Shown here one piece after another: positions 1 to 8,959 of a stretch of DNA of 64,000 nt; the first letter of the stretch is position 1; every line of letters begins with the position of its first letter. The notes under the pieces were generated by a model. That model had not been told where the DNA came from. It searched no databases and saw nothing but the letters and a program-made list of their open reading frames with translations. A program made the position numbers and the translations under genes. Source of the stretch: a virus (Duplodnaviria > Caudoviricetes); IMG/VR virus record IMGVR_UViG_3300006133_000004, positions 20,370-84,369 of that record; one strand, given 5' to 3'.

Positions 1-1
1 G

Positions 2-139
2 ATCGACCGGAGCAACGACGCCCTGTTCCGGGCCCAGGCGGAGACAGATGTCGCCGTCCAGGACATGGACGCCATGAACGTAGACCACGAGTACCGGCTG
101 ACCCTGCTGGAGCTGGGCCTGTCCGAGACTGATATTTGA
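2..139 (+). CDS. 3' end of phage tail-region hypothetical protein (partial)
   Basis: Open frame IDRSNDALF...DHEYRLTLLELGLSETDI* runs in from the window edge; followed by RBS GAAAGGAGG. Confidence 0.6.
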   Translation: MDRSNDALFRAQAETDVAVQDMDAMNVDHEYRLTLLELGLSETDI

Positions 140-157
140 GGAAAGGAGGAATAAATC

Positions 158-295
158 ATGTTGTATCGTACTCTGAAGCGCATGATCGAGCGCGGCCAGA
201 CCGAGGGTATCGAGACCAAGCTGGACATCTTCTACGCCGCCGGCAAGATCTCTGAGGCCGAGTATTCCGAGCTCATCGGGATGCTGAGCAAGTAA
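158..295 (+). CDS. XkdX-like small phage protein
   Basis: MLYRTLKRMIERGQTEGIETKLDIFYAAGKISEAEYSELIGMLSK; strong RBS; typical position before a lysis cassette. Confidence 0.55.
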   Translation: MLYRTLKRMIERGQTEGIETKLDIFYAAGKISEAEYSELIGMLSK

Positions 296-317
296 AATTG
301 ATCGGAGGAATTGAACT

Positions 318-785
318 ATGACAATCCAAGAGCTTTTAGCTGGCGGGGGCAGTCTGCTTCTTCTCCTCATGACGCTGGTGCAACTTGCCCCCGTCAAGAT
401 CAACCCTTGGTCAGCTCTGGCAAAACTCATTGGAAGTGCTATCAATGCCGATGTGTCCAAACGGCTGCACGATATTGAGCAGAAATTGGATGCTCACGTT
501 GATATGGATGACAGGCGTACCGCAGATGGACATCGAGCCCGCATTCTACATTTTAACAATGAATTGCTACGGGATATCGACCATACGAGAGAGGAATTCT
601 TCGAGGTGTTGGCAGAAATTGACGCATATGAGCGCTACTGCGATGCCCACCCCGAATATCCGAACAATCGAGCAGTTCTCGCAATCGAAAACATTCAGGA
701 AGTCTACAAAGACCGGCTTAAAAAGCATGACTTCCTTCAGGAGAGTCATGTCAAAGATGGTGCTGAGGAGGGTGAGGTATGCTGA
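318..785 (+). CDS. Lysis-cassette membrane-anchored protein
   Basis: N-terminal hydrophobic segment plus coiled coil; RBS GGAGG. Confidence 0.55.
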   Translation: MTIQELLAGGGSLLLLLMTLVQLAPVKINPWSALAKLIGSAINADVSKRLHDIEQKLDAHVDMDDRRTADGHRARILHFNNELLRDIDHTREEFFEVLAEIDAYERYCDAHPEYPNNRAVLAIENIQEVYKDRLKKHDFLQESHVKDGAEEGEVC

Positions 786-1129
786 ATATCAAAGCGAAAG
801 AAGCCCCCATCCAAATCGACGAGCCCGATCCTGAAATGGAAAATGTTTACCAAGAGGAATCAACTGGGGGTATGGTTGAGGAACCTGCCCCCATTCAAAA
901 GGAACGCAAGACTTCCAACGTCGTGTTGACCATTTTGGCGGTGTTCCTTCTGGCGTTTATCGTGGTCATGATTGTGACTTTCTGGGTTAAAGGCTCTGTG
1001 CCGGACACGCTGATCCAGTACACCATGGGGGCAGGAGGCATTGAGGCCCTGCTTCTGGCCGGAATCAAGATCAGCAAGGTTGTGACAGGAAATAAATCCG
1101 AATCAGACCCGTCCGATGGGATGGGGTAA
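779..1129 (+). CDS. Two-TM membrane protein (holin-like)
   Basis: Two hydrophobic helices; overlaps the upstream stop; RBS GAGG. Confidence 0.5.
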   Translation: MLNIKAKEAPIQIDEPDPEMENVYQEESTGGMVEEPAPIQKERKTSNVVLTILAVFLLAFIVVMIVTFWVKGSVPDTLIQYTMGAGGIEALLLAGIKISKVVTGNKSESDPSDGMG

Positions 1130-1147
1130 CACAAGGAGGAATCGCAT

Positions 1148-1453
1148 TTGGAAAGTGTTCTGAACTGGTCTGTGGTCATTAGCATCATCGGCGTGCTGGT
1201 GGCACTGACTAACATCATTGTCCAGGTTGTCAAGAAGGCCGTCTGGGACAAGCTGCCGACGAATATTCTGGCCGTTATCGTCTCGATGGCGCTGACCCTG
1301 GTGACGTTCTTCGCCTACTGCCAGATCAAGGCCATCGCGGTGGTGTGGTATATGGTTGCCGCTGCGGTCGTGCTGGGGTTCATGGTGGCGTATGCAGCCA
1401 TGTTCGGGTATGACAAGCTCATGGAGGCCATCGGCAAGGCTGGCAAACAGTAA
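1148..1453 (+). CDS. Putative holin
   Basis: 101 aa with three hydrophobic helices and a charged C-terminus; TTG start after GGAGG. Confidence 0.6.
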   Translation: MESVLNWSVVISIIGVLVALTNIIVQVVKKAVWDKLPTNILAVIVSMALTLVTFFAYCQIKAIAVVWYMVAAAVVLGFMVAYAAMFGYDKLMEAIGKAGKQ

Positions 1454-1468
1454 TTGAGAGCGGAAAAA

Positions 1469-1507
1469 GGTGTAGGAGAGCCGTTTACTTCTTGTCTACT
1501 CCTACAC
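1469..1507 (+). terminator. Hairpin terminator after lysis genes
   Basis: gtgtaggag...ctcctacac inverted repeat. Confidence 0.45.
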
Positions 1508-1724
1508 CTTGACCGTTTTACCCCTGAAATTCCGGGATTTAGTGCTTCTTTAATAGAAACACCCTTTTGCATTTACTGCTCTTAACTACCTCTAATCACT
1601 GTTATTCCAATAGTTTTAACAGCCGTTAGAAGTGGAAAACTTTGTGGAAATGTAGATAACTCCTGTTTTATTCCTATACTAATCCTATACCGATATTCCT
1701 ATACTTTCAGAAGGGAGGACAGGT

Positions 1725-1910
1725 ATGAATAAAAATACAGTTCTCTATCTCTGCGACGGTGCTGTAGAGGCCTGCCCGAAGACAAGTTGCTACAAAAGAG
1801 GCCATGAGTGTCGCCATACAACAGACGCCACCCACGCTCTAAATCCAGAGCCTCGTAACCTTATTCCCGATGAGCAAGGTAATCTGTGGGAGACTTCTCC
1901 CGAAAGTTGA
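1725..1910 (+). CDS. Hypothetical Cys-rich protein
   Basis: RBS GGGAGG; ORF track. Confidence 0.45.
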   Translation: MNKNTVLYLCDGAVEACPKTSCYKRGHECRHTTDATHALNPEPRNLIPDEQGNLWETSPES

Positions 1911-2091
1911 AAACGCCATTTCTAAAAGAGAGGAAAAGGAGGAGGCTGCCGTCAACAGTCCCCTCCTTTTGTGTGTTTGGGTGATGTGAGTTTTACCCTC
2001 CTTTTGTGTGTTTAAGCGTATCTCGCTATCAGATCTACGACCCGGACATCGTTTGCCTGAGCACTCCCTCTCTTTTAGAAATGGCGTTTTC
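1909..2091. repeat. 25-bp perfect inverted repeat enclosing an 18-bp direct repeat
   Basis: gaaaacgccatttctaaaagagagg (1909-1933) / cctctcttttagaaatggcgttttc (2067-2091); ccctccttttgtgtgttt at 1961 and 1996. Confidence 0.9.
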
Positions 2092-2119
2092 TCATTTTCA
2101 TCGAAAAGAGGTGTAAATT

Positions 2120-2467
2120 ATGTTACCAGTTAAAGCCCCAAAGCCTAAAGATTGGACTGATAAAGATCGCTGGATTTGTACGTTAAGATGGCTTGAAGCA
2201 ACCGCTCACTCTGTCTACAATGGCTGTGATCCTGACTATAAAGGGATCGACTTAGGAGAAAAAGGCGACCCTTGTTTTGGATGTCCTGCTGGCGAACGCT
2301 GTCCGGCCTTCTGCGACGAAACTCACTGGAAACGCTACACTGAGTTTTATGCCTTTGAGAACTTCAAAGTCGTCGAACAATTTGCTGGCATTCAGATGGC
2401 CGGCATTGATGCTATTCTCAAAGAAATCTGCGATGCAAATTCGGTTAAAGATACTTCTCCGGCATAA
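2120..2467 (+). CDS. Hypothetical protein
   Basis: RBS GAGG; ORF track. Confidence 0.5.
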   Translation: MLPVKAPKPKDWTDKDRWICTLRWLEATAHSVYNGCDPDYKGIDLGEKGDPCFGCPAGERCPAFCDETHWKRYTEFYAFENFKVVEQFAGIQMAGIDAILKEICDANSVKDTSPA

Positions 2468-2770
2468 GAGGACATTGGCTTGCCATGGGGCAAAGGCTTC
2501 TTTCAAGAGTACAGCTATAACCACTTAAAGTGTACGTCAGTTGAAGGTCGGTCTTTGCCCCTAATCTTCCGTAATAGCCACCTGTCACAGTGGCCTGCTT
2601 ATGGAATCTTGGGCATTCCCCTGAATACGAGACCTCTTTATATTGCGATTGATCGTTGCGAACAATTTTCCATCCCATTGGACATATGCCTCCTGCTGCT
2701 CATGTGTGAAGTCCATTATACCATTCCGAGCGTCTGGATTCAAGATATGGGCATACGCCCTCCAGACACC

Positions 2771-4006
2771 CTATCTTATTTTTTCGATTTCGGTCTTTAG
2801 CCACTCGAACTCACGCTGAGTGTAGACTTTCTCGGTAATGTCCGAAATCTTGTGACCGACCATGTACTTGATGGCATATTCGTCTACCCCGGCTTTCTTG
2901 GCAGCAGTTACAAAGTGTTTCCGGCCATCGTGCGGACGATGCTCCGGTTTCAACTTCAGCTCATCCCGAACCATGGCGAACCCCTTTTGGTATCGCTGAT
3001 AGGTCAGCATCGTTGGCTTGCCGCTGCGGCCATCCGTACAAGTGAAAAGGCACTTGCTTCCAGCCTGCTGAGACTCTTTATATTTGCGTTCGACCAAGTG
3101 ACGTATCTTCGAGTGGATCGGCACGACACGGTTCTCTCCGGCATCCGTCTTCATGCCGCCTTTGAATGTCCACCCCTCCAGGTCAACATTCTCAAGTTCC
3201 AGTAATCCGAGCTCCTGCGGTCTCCATCCGGAGTAACACTGAATGAGCATAATATCGACATATCGTTTATCGTCTACATGACTCCAGAGAAGTTCCATCT
3301 CTTCATCCGTAAATGACATGTGTTCCTTCTTTACTGTCTGTATCTCTTTGATTGTCTCTTCAGTCAGGTTGAAGGTGCGGGAGTAGTTTCGGTCGACCAG
3401 TTCATACTCCAAAGCATAGTCGAGCATTAGGTTGAACAGAGACTTGATCTTGTTTTTCATGCTCGCCGAGGGATGCTGCTCTTTCCCTCGAACCTTGGCC
3501 GTTCCCTCCTCCATACAGCCTTTCACATGACGGGCTCGAACATCCATCACCCTCATATCATAGACAGCCGAACAATAGGCCCAAGCCGATGTAACAGCTC
3601 GGATGCTACCATCCGCTTTAAGGGTCTTAAAATACTCTTCTGACCATTTGTCGTAAAGCTCCCTAACTGTAATGGACGGCTCCAAATCATACGGATTTTT
3701 GTTATACTCTACGAGAGCGGCGTAAGCGTCATTGTAAGTAGGGAAATACGATTCCGGTTTCAGAGGTTTACAAATAGGCCGCCCTTCTGGGGTCTTTCCA
3801 ACCGTAACCATCGCCCGAAAAGGGTTTCGGAGGTTACGGTTCTTTATTTCACTGATTTGACCAAAGCCATTGGGGAGGCGCCTTCGTTTGTTGCTCTTAA
3901 CACGGGGTTTTCGTTTTACAGTGGGCTGCATCGGGTAGCCACAATGAGGGCAGGCCGTAGCCTTATCGCTAACTTGGAGTTCGCATTCAGGGCATTTTAT
4001 TAACAT
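2771..4006 (-). CDS. int: Tyrosine integrase with N-terminal zinc ribbon
   Basis: Catalytic motifs GWRPQE (R), KT (K), HDGRKH (HxxR), GH...VYT (H/Y); N-terminal CPEC...CPHC. Confidence 0.92.
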   Translation of the reverse strand: MLIKCPECELQVSDKATACPHCGYPMQPTVKRKPRVKSNKRRRLPNGFGQISEIKNRNLRNPFRAMVTVGKTPEGRPICKPLKPESYFPTYNDAYAALVEYNKNPYDLEPSITVRELYDKWSEEYFKTLKADGSIRAVTSAWAYCSAVYDMRVMDVRARHVKGCMEEGTAKVRGKEQHPSASMKNKIKSLFNLMLDYALEYELVDRNYSRTFNLTEETIKEIQTVKKEHMSFTDEEMELLWSHVDDKRYVDIMLIQCYSGWRPQELGLLELENVDLEGWTFKGGMKTDAGENRVVPIHSKIRHLVERKYKESQQAGSKCLFTCTDGRSGKPTMLTYQRYQKGFAMVRDELKLKPEHRPHDGRKHFVTAAKKAGVDEYAIKYMVGHKISDITEKVYTQREFEWLKTEIEKIR

Positions 4007-4226
4007 GGCGGTTCCTCGTCTTTCTTTTCAAGAGTCTTAATCGGAAGCCTTTCGATCTTATCCACTATGCGTCCAAGTTTTTGAATGCTCCAGACAATCC
4101 CGGCAAATTTCAAAATGCCTATGACCTGCTGGTTTTTGTTATGCTCTTTTACACCTCCTTCTTCGGTATAGACCTTATGCAGAAAGTCTTTTGGGTTCAC
4201 ATGTTTCTTCATCGAATAGCTCCTTT

Positions 4227-4253
4227 CGCAGGTTTGGCACCTCCTTTTATGAA
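4227..4253 (+). promoter_or_regulatory. Phage motif CGC-N8-CA-N7-TTRYGRR, copy 1
   Basis: cgcaggtttggcacctccttttatgaa. Confidence 0.7.
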
Positions 4254-4267
4254 GGAGGTTGACTACC

Positions 4268-4480
4268 ATGAAAATAGACAAAAAGTTAATGAACGAGGTT
4301 GAAGAGTTGTGGGTTGGCCACGAGGAGGCATTAACTCACTTCGGACAAGTATGTGTCGCGGCAGCAAAAGCTGGGCACGATTGCAAAGTGCGAAGACATT
4401 TGCGTCTGGGTATGGTTGTAGCCACTGCGGCAACTATCATCATTACATGCTGTTTAGATTTGATGAGCGAAACTTACTAA
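4268..4480 (+). CDS. Hypothetical protein with C-terminal TM
   Basis: RBS GGAGG directly after the motif. Confidence 0.55.
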   Translation: MKIDKKLMNEVEELWVGHEEALTHFGQVCVAAAKAGHDCKVRRHLRLGMVVATAATIIITCCLDLMSETY

Positions 4481-4668
4481 AACGGGAGAGGCTCGCGGAA
4501 ACGCGGGCTCTTTCTTTTATTTTTCCCGTTTATTTTGCTTTTCCCGCTATTTCCCTTTGTTTCGCCCTAATAATCATATATGATAGTGTAGGAATTGTCA
4601 AGTAATTCCTATATAACTTTTTAACTTAGATTAGGAAGCTCGTACCTTAGAACAGAAAGGAGTCATGT

Positions 4669-5040
4669 ATGATTGCCAAGAACGCGTCAGTCTGCCCAAA
4701 ATGCGGAGGACATCTCAGATTCTTCGACACTGTGAAACGCATTGTACGGACAAAAGCTCGGGTGGCAGAATGGATTGTAATACGCAGACTCCGGTGTACC
4801 ATATGTGGTTCGTTACATAGGGAATTACCAGAGGAACTATTCCCTTACAAGCAGTACGAGGCCGAAGTCATTATCGGTGTATTGGAGGGCCTTATCACCT
4901 GCGAAACACTGGGGTTTGAGGACTATCCCTGTGAGATGACTATGTCCCGCTGGCTCGCTGAATTTACAGGTGCTGTTACGGAAAGGAGGTCGTACTATGA
5001 ACGAGAAACGACTGATGGGCGAAATCGAGAAGCTGTGTAA
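4669..5040 (+). CDS. Zn-finger protein (DUF6431-like)
   Basis: CPKCGG...RRLRC..CG..H.ELP..L.PYKQY pattern. Confidence 0.55.
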   Translation: MIAKNASVCPKCGGHLRFFDTVKRIVRTKARVAEWIVIRRLRCTICGSLHRELPEELFPYKQYEAEVIIGVLEGLITCETLGFEDYPCEMTMSRWLAEFTGAVTERRSYYERETTDGRNREAV

Positions 5041-5221
5041 AGACGGTCATACGGATGCGCTACTCTACCTGTGCCGGAACTATGGAAACGCGGCAATCGA
5101 AGGGTACAGACGTGGATACCGGAAAGCATTCTGGACAGGATTGGGCGTTTCCAGTCTGATCATTACAGGTTGCATAGGAGCAATCTCGGTCATCATGAAA
5201 CAGTACGGCAAGAAGAACTGA
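4997..5221 (+). CDS. Hypothetical protein with C-terminal TM
   Basis: RBS GAAAGGAGG. Confidence 0.55.
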   Translation: MNEKRLMGEIEKLCKDGHTDALLYLCRNYGNAAIEGYRRGYRKAFWTGLGVSSLIITGCIGAISVIMKQYGKKN

Positions 5222-5260
5222 TCCAAGGAGGGAGCGGCTAAACGGCGGCTCTCTTCTTTT

Positions 5261-5287
5261 CGCTTATTTCACAGGTCCTTTTACGGA
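5261..5287 (+). promoter_or_regulatory. Phage motif copy 2
   Basis: cgcttatttcacaggtccttttacgga. Confidence 0.75.
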
Positions 5288-5297
5288 GGTGACTGTT

Positions 5298-5579
5298 ATG
5301 GTAATCAGAAATAAAGAATACTACACTCAGTTTAACGAAGAGATGAGGCGAGACCGTAAAGCTTTGGACTACCACATCCGACAGGCAGAAAACTACAAGC
5401 GTATCTACCAGCTCACAAGAGGACGTTCGGGAGTATACGTCTTGTTGAACAAATGGGCCAAGAAGATGAATCAGATTCATTGCGATAAGGGATTCAAAAT
5501 GGCAAAGTTGGACATGACATGGTGTCTTTACGAAATGATGTACCTACAGAACTACATTCAGAAAGGTGAGGAGTCCTAA
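5298..5579 (+). CDS. Hypothetical protein
   Basis: RBS GGAGG; stop lies inside the next hairpin. Confidence 0.6.
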   Translation: MVIRNKEYYTQFNEEMRRDRKALDYHIRQAENYKRIYQLTRGRSGVYVLLNKWAKKMNQIHCDKGFKMAKLDMTWCLYEMMYLQNYIQKGEES

Positions 5580-5598
5580 ACAGGGACTTTTCCCTTTT

Positions 5599-5625
5599 CG
5601 CTTATTTCACAGGTCCTTTTACGGA
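5599..5625 (+). promoter_or_regulatory. Phage motif copy 3 (identical to copy 2)
   Basis: cgcttatttcacaggtccttttacgga. Confidence 0.75.
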
Positions 5626-5637
5626 GGTGATGTTTCA

Positions 5638-5967
5638 ATGAAACTGACGAAAGAGTATAGACGGATCTTTAATTCGGACAATGTCCACTGGTCAAAGAAC
5701 ACTACGTTGAATTTGTTCTTTCTTAAGACCACACAATCACATCTTAACGATATGCTGAAGGCCAGAGGTCATCTTATGCTGAATGAAGCATATGACGCGC
5801 TCGGATTTCCGCGTACAGCGGCAGGAGCTGTGATTGGTTGGGTCTATGAAGAGGGAAACGACTTAGTTGACTTTGGTTTAGGTAAATGCGAAATTGTCGA
5901 TCCCAACATTCCAATCGTCTTTAATGTCAATGGAAACATCTTGGACAAACTGGGAGAAGAGCCCTAA
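5638..5967 (+). CDS. Short DUF6353-like protein (C-terminal domain only)
   Basis: LKARGHLMLNEAYDALGFPRTAAGAVIGW nearly matches the 18137 ORF. Confidence 0.6.
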   Translation: MKLTKEYRRIFNSDNVHWSKNTTLNLFFLKTTQSHLNDMLKARGHLMLNEAYDALGFPRTAAGAVIGWVYEEGNDLVDFGLGKCEIVDPNIPIVFNVNGNILDKLGEEP

Positions 5968-5984
5968 CAGGGGCTCTCCCTTTT

Positions 5985-6011
5985 CGCAGATTTTGCAGGA
6001 TACATTATGGA
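5985..6011 (+). promoter_or_regulatory. Phage motif copy 4
   Basis: cgcagattttgcaggatacattatgga. Confidence 0.75.
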
Positions 6012-6130
6012 AAGGAGAGAAAATCTGCTTAGGAAGAAATCCTGAATGGAACTGGTACAGGTAAAGTCTGGCTGAAATGCCGCGTGGCCATTCAGATGGG
6101 GTTCGAGTCCCCACAGCTCGCCCTTTCTCT
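6009..6130 (+). ncRNA. Putative structured small RNA with tRNA-like T-arm
   Basis: Closing helix GAAAGG/CCTTTC; ctgaatgg/ccattcag; ggc-TGAAAT-gcc; tgggg-TTCGAGT-cccca; no ORF. Confidence 0.6.
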
Positions 6131-6138
6131 TTGTTTTC

Positions 6139-6165
6139 CGCAGATTTTACAAATTCCTTTATGAA
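6139..6165 (+). promoter_or_regulatory. Phage motif copy 5
   Basis: cgcagattttacaaattcctttatgaa. Confidence 0.75.
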
Positions 6166-6257
6166 GAGGAATAAAAGGGAAACATTGAAAAGCCAAATTG
6201 TAAGACATGGTCGGCAATTACATTCGTAAGGATGTAATCCCAAATCATGCCCTCTTC
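6163..6257 (+). ncRNA. Putative small RNA
   Basis: Closing helix GAAGAGG/CCTCTTC; internal attacatt/gatgtaat hairpin; followed by a T run. Confidence 0.45.
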
Positions 6258-6262
6258 TTTTT

Positions 6263-6289
6263 CGCCAAATCGGCAGTGGCCTTTATGGA
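6263..6289 (+). promoter_or_regulatory. Phage motif copy 6
   Basis: cgccaaatcggcagtggcctttatgga. Confidence 0.75.
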
Positions 6290-6299
6290 GGTGATACTT

Positions 6300-6494
6300 G
6301 TGGAGACCAAGAAAATTCTTAGTACGATTGGAACGTTCGTTATTGTAGGGGCAGTATCAACAGCAGGAGCCGCATTATGGACGAACGTTTTAGATGACAA
6401 ACTTAAATTGGTTAAAGCGAAGAAAACACATTCCAAATCAGACAAAGTAATTGTTGTTGATTTCAAGAAAGTAAGGAGGGACATGAGCCGCTAA
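6300..6494 (+). CDS. Small membrane protein
   Basis: GTG start after GGAGG; hydrophobic N-terminus. Confidence 0.55.
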   Translation: METKKILSTIGTFVIVGAVSTAGAALWTNVLDDKLKLVKAKKTHSKSDKVIVVDFKKVRRDMSR

Positions 6495-6521
6495 CACAGC
6501 GGCTCTCTCTCTTTTATTTTC

Positions 6522-6548
6522 CGCATAAAACTCCACGTCCTTTATGGA
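6522..6548 (+). promoter_or_regulatory. Phage motif copy 7 (CA replaced by CC)
   Basis: cgcataaaactccacgtcctttatgga. Confidence 0.65.
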
Positions 6549-6558
6549 GGTGAAAGTA

Positions 6559-6834
6559 ATGAGACAAGTCATTCTTTATGGAATTTCTGGAGCAAGTAGG
6601 GCCTATACAGTTCTGAATTACTTCTGTATCTACGAGGAATTCGTATCGATCAGCACTATCTTAGGGGAAGCGAGGCGACTTCGGATGAGAAATCCGGATA
6701 TCGAGCACGTTTACGCAATAGATAATCGATACGGGCTCCGCCGTGATTACAGGGAGAGCATGAAACGGAATAGTATCGAGAGCCATTACATTTTCAAGGA
6801 TATTCTGGAAAGAGAAGGTATGCGAATTATTTAA
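6559..6834 (+). CDS. Hypothetical protein
   Basis: RBS GGAGG. Confidence 0.6.
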   Translation: MRQVILYGISGASRAYTVLNYFCIYEEFVSISTILGEARRLRMRNPDIEHVYAIDNRYGLRRDYRESMKRNSIESHYIFKDILEREGMRII

Positions 6835-6871
6835 CTCCGAGGAGGGTCCCGGCAGGGACTTTTCCTCTTTC

Positions 6872-6898
6872 CGCAGGAATGGCAGTTCCCTTTATGAG
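6872..6898 (+). promoter_or_regulatory. Phage motif copy 8
   Basis: cgcaggaatggcagttccctttatgag. Confidence 0.7.
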
Positions 6899-6934
6899 AG
6901 GCTTAGGCTTCATCTGTTATAAGGAGTGGAAACT

Positions 6935-7096
6935 ATGTTTACAAAATTGGAAATGGTCGGAGCTATTGCTATCAGCCTGTTCGGCGGATTCGCCATCGGC
7001 TACAGCAAGGCAAGAGAAATCTGTTTGCAAGCAATCATCACTGCTACCGGAGAGCAGAAGGAACCCGAGACGACCGAGAAGGAGGAGACGCCCTAA
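6935..7096 (+). CDS. Small single-TM protein (not in ORF track)
   Basis: MFTKLEMVGAIAISLFGGFAIGYSKAREIC...ETP*; RBS AAGGAG. Confidence 0.6.
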   Translation: MFTKLEMVGAIAISLFGGFAIGYSKAREICLQAIITATGEQKEPETTEKEETP

Positions 7097-7115
7097 ACAG
7101 GGGCTCTCCCCTTTT

Positions 7116-7142
7116 CGCACAAACCACAGCACCTTTTATGGA
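7116..7142 (+). promoter_or_regulatory. Phage motif copy 9
   Basis: cgcacaaaccacagcaccttttatgga. Confidence 0.75.
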
Positions 7143-7171
7143 AGAATCCATATTTGAAAGGAGAAGCAACA

Positions 7172-7519
7172 ATGAGCATGGAAAAGTTCAAAAGGTTTGT
7201 GGAGGACCATAAAAAGGAGCTGATTGCCACTACGGCGGTCGCTGGCGGAATCGTGCTGGTGATTCTCGGGTGCAAGCGCCACAGCGGGAAGGCGGTCAAG
7301 GCCAAAGGCATATTCAGGAGGAAAGATATTTCGATCCCGGATGGCCTCAAGGTCTGGGACACGTCATACCTCTGGGTGGAGGGAAAGTACCTGAACGCAA
7401 TCGTCAACAGCATTCCCGTGGACGACCTGGGTGAACTGGGCAAGCAATACATCAAGCATGGGCTCGCACAGCCTGGCGACATTGCAAGTGTCGTTATTGG
7501 AGTCGAGTACAACAAGTGA
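7172..7519 (+). CDS. Hypothetical membrane-anchored protein
   Basis: RBS GAAAGGAG; N-terminal TM. Confidence 0.6.
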   Translation: MSMEKFKRFVEDHKKELIATTAVAGGIVLVILGCKRHSGKAVKAKGIFRRKDISIPDGLKVWDTSYLWVEGKYLNAIVNSIPVDDLGELGKQYIKHGLAQPGDIASVVIGVEYNK

Positions 7520-7632
7520 TTCTACCAAAGGTGGAGGCCGCTAAAGCAGCGGCTTTCGCCTTTTCACCGAGGTTGTTTGTACTTCAGTGTGGTTGCTAAC
7601 TTAGAATAGCCGTTGAAAGGAGGTAGTCGTTA

Positions 7633-7884
7633 ATGAGTGAACAAGAATTTCATCCAGGCTCTGTTCCAGTAGCAGTAGTAGCCCGCGTCTATGGAAAAGA
7701 TGCGTCTTGGGTTCGAGCCGGCATTGTGTCAGGATGGCTTCCGATTGGTAAGGCTACCCGAAACGGCAAACTGGTGACCAGCATCAACGAGATAGACAGC
7801 CGGTACGGACGTATCAACTTTTACATCTCGCCAAAACTCCTCTATGAGGAAACCGGATTTTTATGGAAAGGAGAAAAGCGATAA
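7633..7884 (+). CDS. Small DNA-binding (excisionase-like) protein, paralog of 54957
   Basis: GSVPVAVVARVYGKDASWVRAGIVSGWLPIG; winged-HTH-like. Confidence 0.55.
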   Translation: MSEQEFHPGSVPVAVVARVYGKDASWVRAGIVSGWLPIGKATRNGKLVTSINEIDSRYGRINFYISPKLLYEETGFLWKGEKR

Positions 7885-7885
7885 T

Positions 7886-8305
7886 ATGCCTACAAATGTA
7901 CGACCCGAAGTATCCAAGAAGAATCCCTACTACATAGAGCGTGAGCGATACTACGAGCTGAAACACTTCTGCCGGCAGTATCCGATTTGGAAGAAAGCTC
8001 ATGCGGCCCTTGATGGGCTGAGCCGGCGACCTGCTGATTTGGAGTTGTTCAGCGAGACTGGAGAGACAAGCGATCCAACATTCCGATGCGTAGCGGCCCG
8101 TGAACGCTACTCCAGATGGATGGGTATGGTTGAGCAGTGCGCTCATGAAGCGGACCCCGAGCTCTACAAGTATCTCATGAGCTATGTTACGAAAGGAGAT
8201 TGCTACAGCGTTCTCAAAATGCGTGACCATATCCCCTGCTGCAAGGATGTGTTCTACGAGACGGCCCGTAAGTTCTTTTGGCTCCTTAACAAAGTTCGAG
8301 ACTGA
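7886..8305 (+). CDS. Putative phage transcriptional regulator (RinA/ArpU-like position and size)
   Basis: RBS GAAAGGAG; helical C-terminus FYETARKFFWLL. Confidence 0.4.
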   Translation: MPTNVRPEVSKKNPYYIERERYYELKHFCRQYPIWKKAHAALDGLSRRPADLELFSETGETSDPTFRCVAARERYSRWMGMVEQCAHEADPELYKYLMSYVTKGDCYSVLKMRDHIPCCKDVFYETARKFFWLLNKVRD

Positions 8306-8317
8306 TTTGGCATCTTC

Positions 8318-8344
8318 CGCAGAAAATACATCCACCTTTATGGA
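8318..8344 (+). promoter_or_regulatory. Phage motif copy 10
   Basis: cgcagaaaatacatccacctttatgga. Confidence 0.75.
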
Positions 8345-8373
8345 AGACCCAATATTAGAAAGGAGTTTGACTT

Positions 8374-8550
8374 ATGAACCGTCGTTTTAACTGGATGGAC
8401 AAGCCTGTCACCTGGGGAGGTTACTTTAAGCTGTGCGGCATTTGCACTGTGGTCGGAACGGCCATCGCTGCGATTGAGCTCATCGTGTTTATGGAGCCCG
8501 CCTGGTGGAAGGCTACAAAGAACTTTGTGAGAAGACTGTTCGACAGATGA
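8374..8550 (+). CDS. Small TM protein (not in ORF track)
   Basis: MNRRFNWMDKPVTWGGYFKLCGICTVV...; RBS GAAAGGAG. Confidence 0.6.
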   Translation: MNRRFNWMDKPVTWGGYFKLCGICTVVGTAIAAIELIVFMEPAWWKATKNFVRRLFDR

Positions 8551-8622
8551 ACTATCGGCATATAGGTCGGCCAAGAGGGAGGTTGTGGAAACACGGCCTC
8601 TTCTCTTTTTTATATTTTTGCT

Positions 8623-8649
8623 CGCACAATTTACAATGACCTTTATGGA
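8623..8649 (+). promoter_or_regulatory. Phage motif copy 11
   Basis: cgcacaatttacaatgacctttatgga. Confidence 0.75.
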
Positions 8650-8664
8650 AAGGAGGTTCGATTT

Positions 8665-8844
8665 ATGACTTACAAGCAAATTGAGGCCAGCAGAGAATTG
8701 CGGCTTTGGATCGGGCAGGTAATCGTACCGGCTGTCAGCGTGACGGCGGTAGTGCTTGCTAATCCTGACGTGAGAAATGCGGCTAAGCAAAAGCTGGACA
8801 GCATCAAGCAGAAGTTCCAGACCAAAAAGATCAGGGTCGTGTAG
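8665..8844 (+). CDS. Small TM protein (not in ORF track)
   Basis: MTYKQIEASRELRLWIGQVIVPAVSV...; RBS GAAAGGAGG. Confidence 0.65.
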   Translation: MTYKQIEASRELRLWIGQVIVPAVSVTAVVLANPDVRNAAKQKLDSIKQKFQTKKIRVV

Positions 8845-8959
8845 CAGCGACCCTTTCTTTTATATTTTCCGCATATAGGTGACTGTAATGTGTGGTAAAT
8901 TGGTATTCTAAAAAATTCCCGGGTGGAAAATTCTGAAAAACAATTTTAGGAGGAATCCT

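Noticed and set aside
318-1453. Endolysin in the lysis cassette
   Set aside because: No amidase, peptidase or glycosidase motifs in these ORFs; it may lie outside the window
8870-8896. Possible 26th motif copy (cgc-N8-GA-N7-gtgtggt)
   Set aside because: Right context, but it mismatches two of the three blocks, so it was not counted
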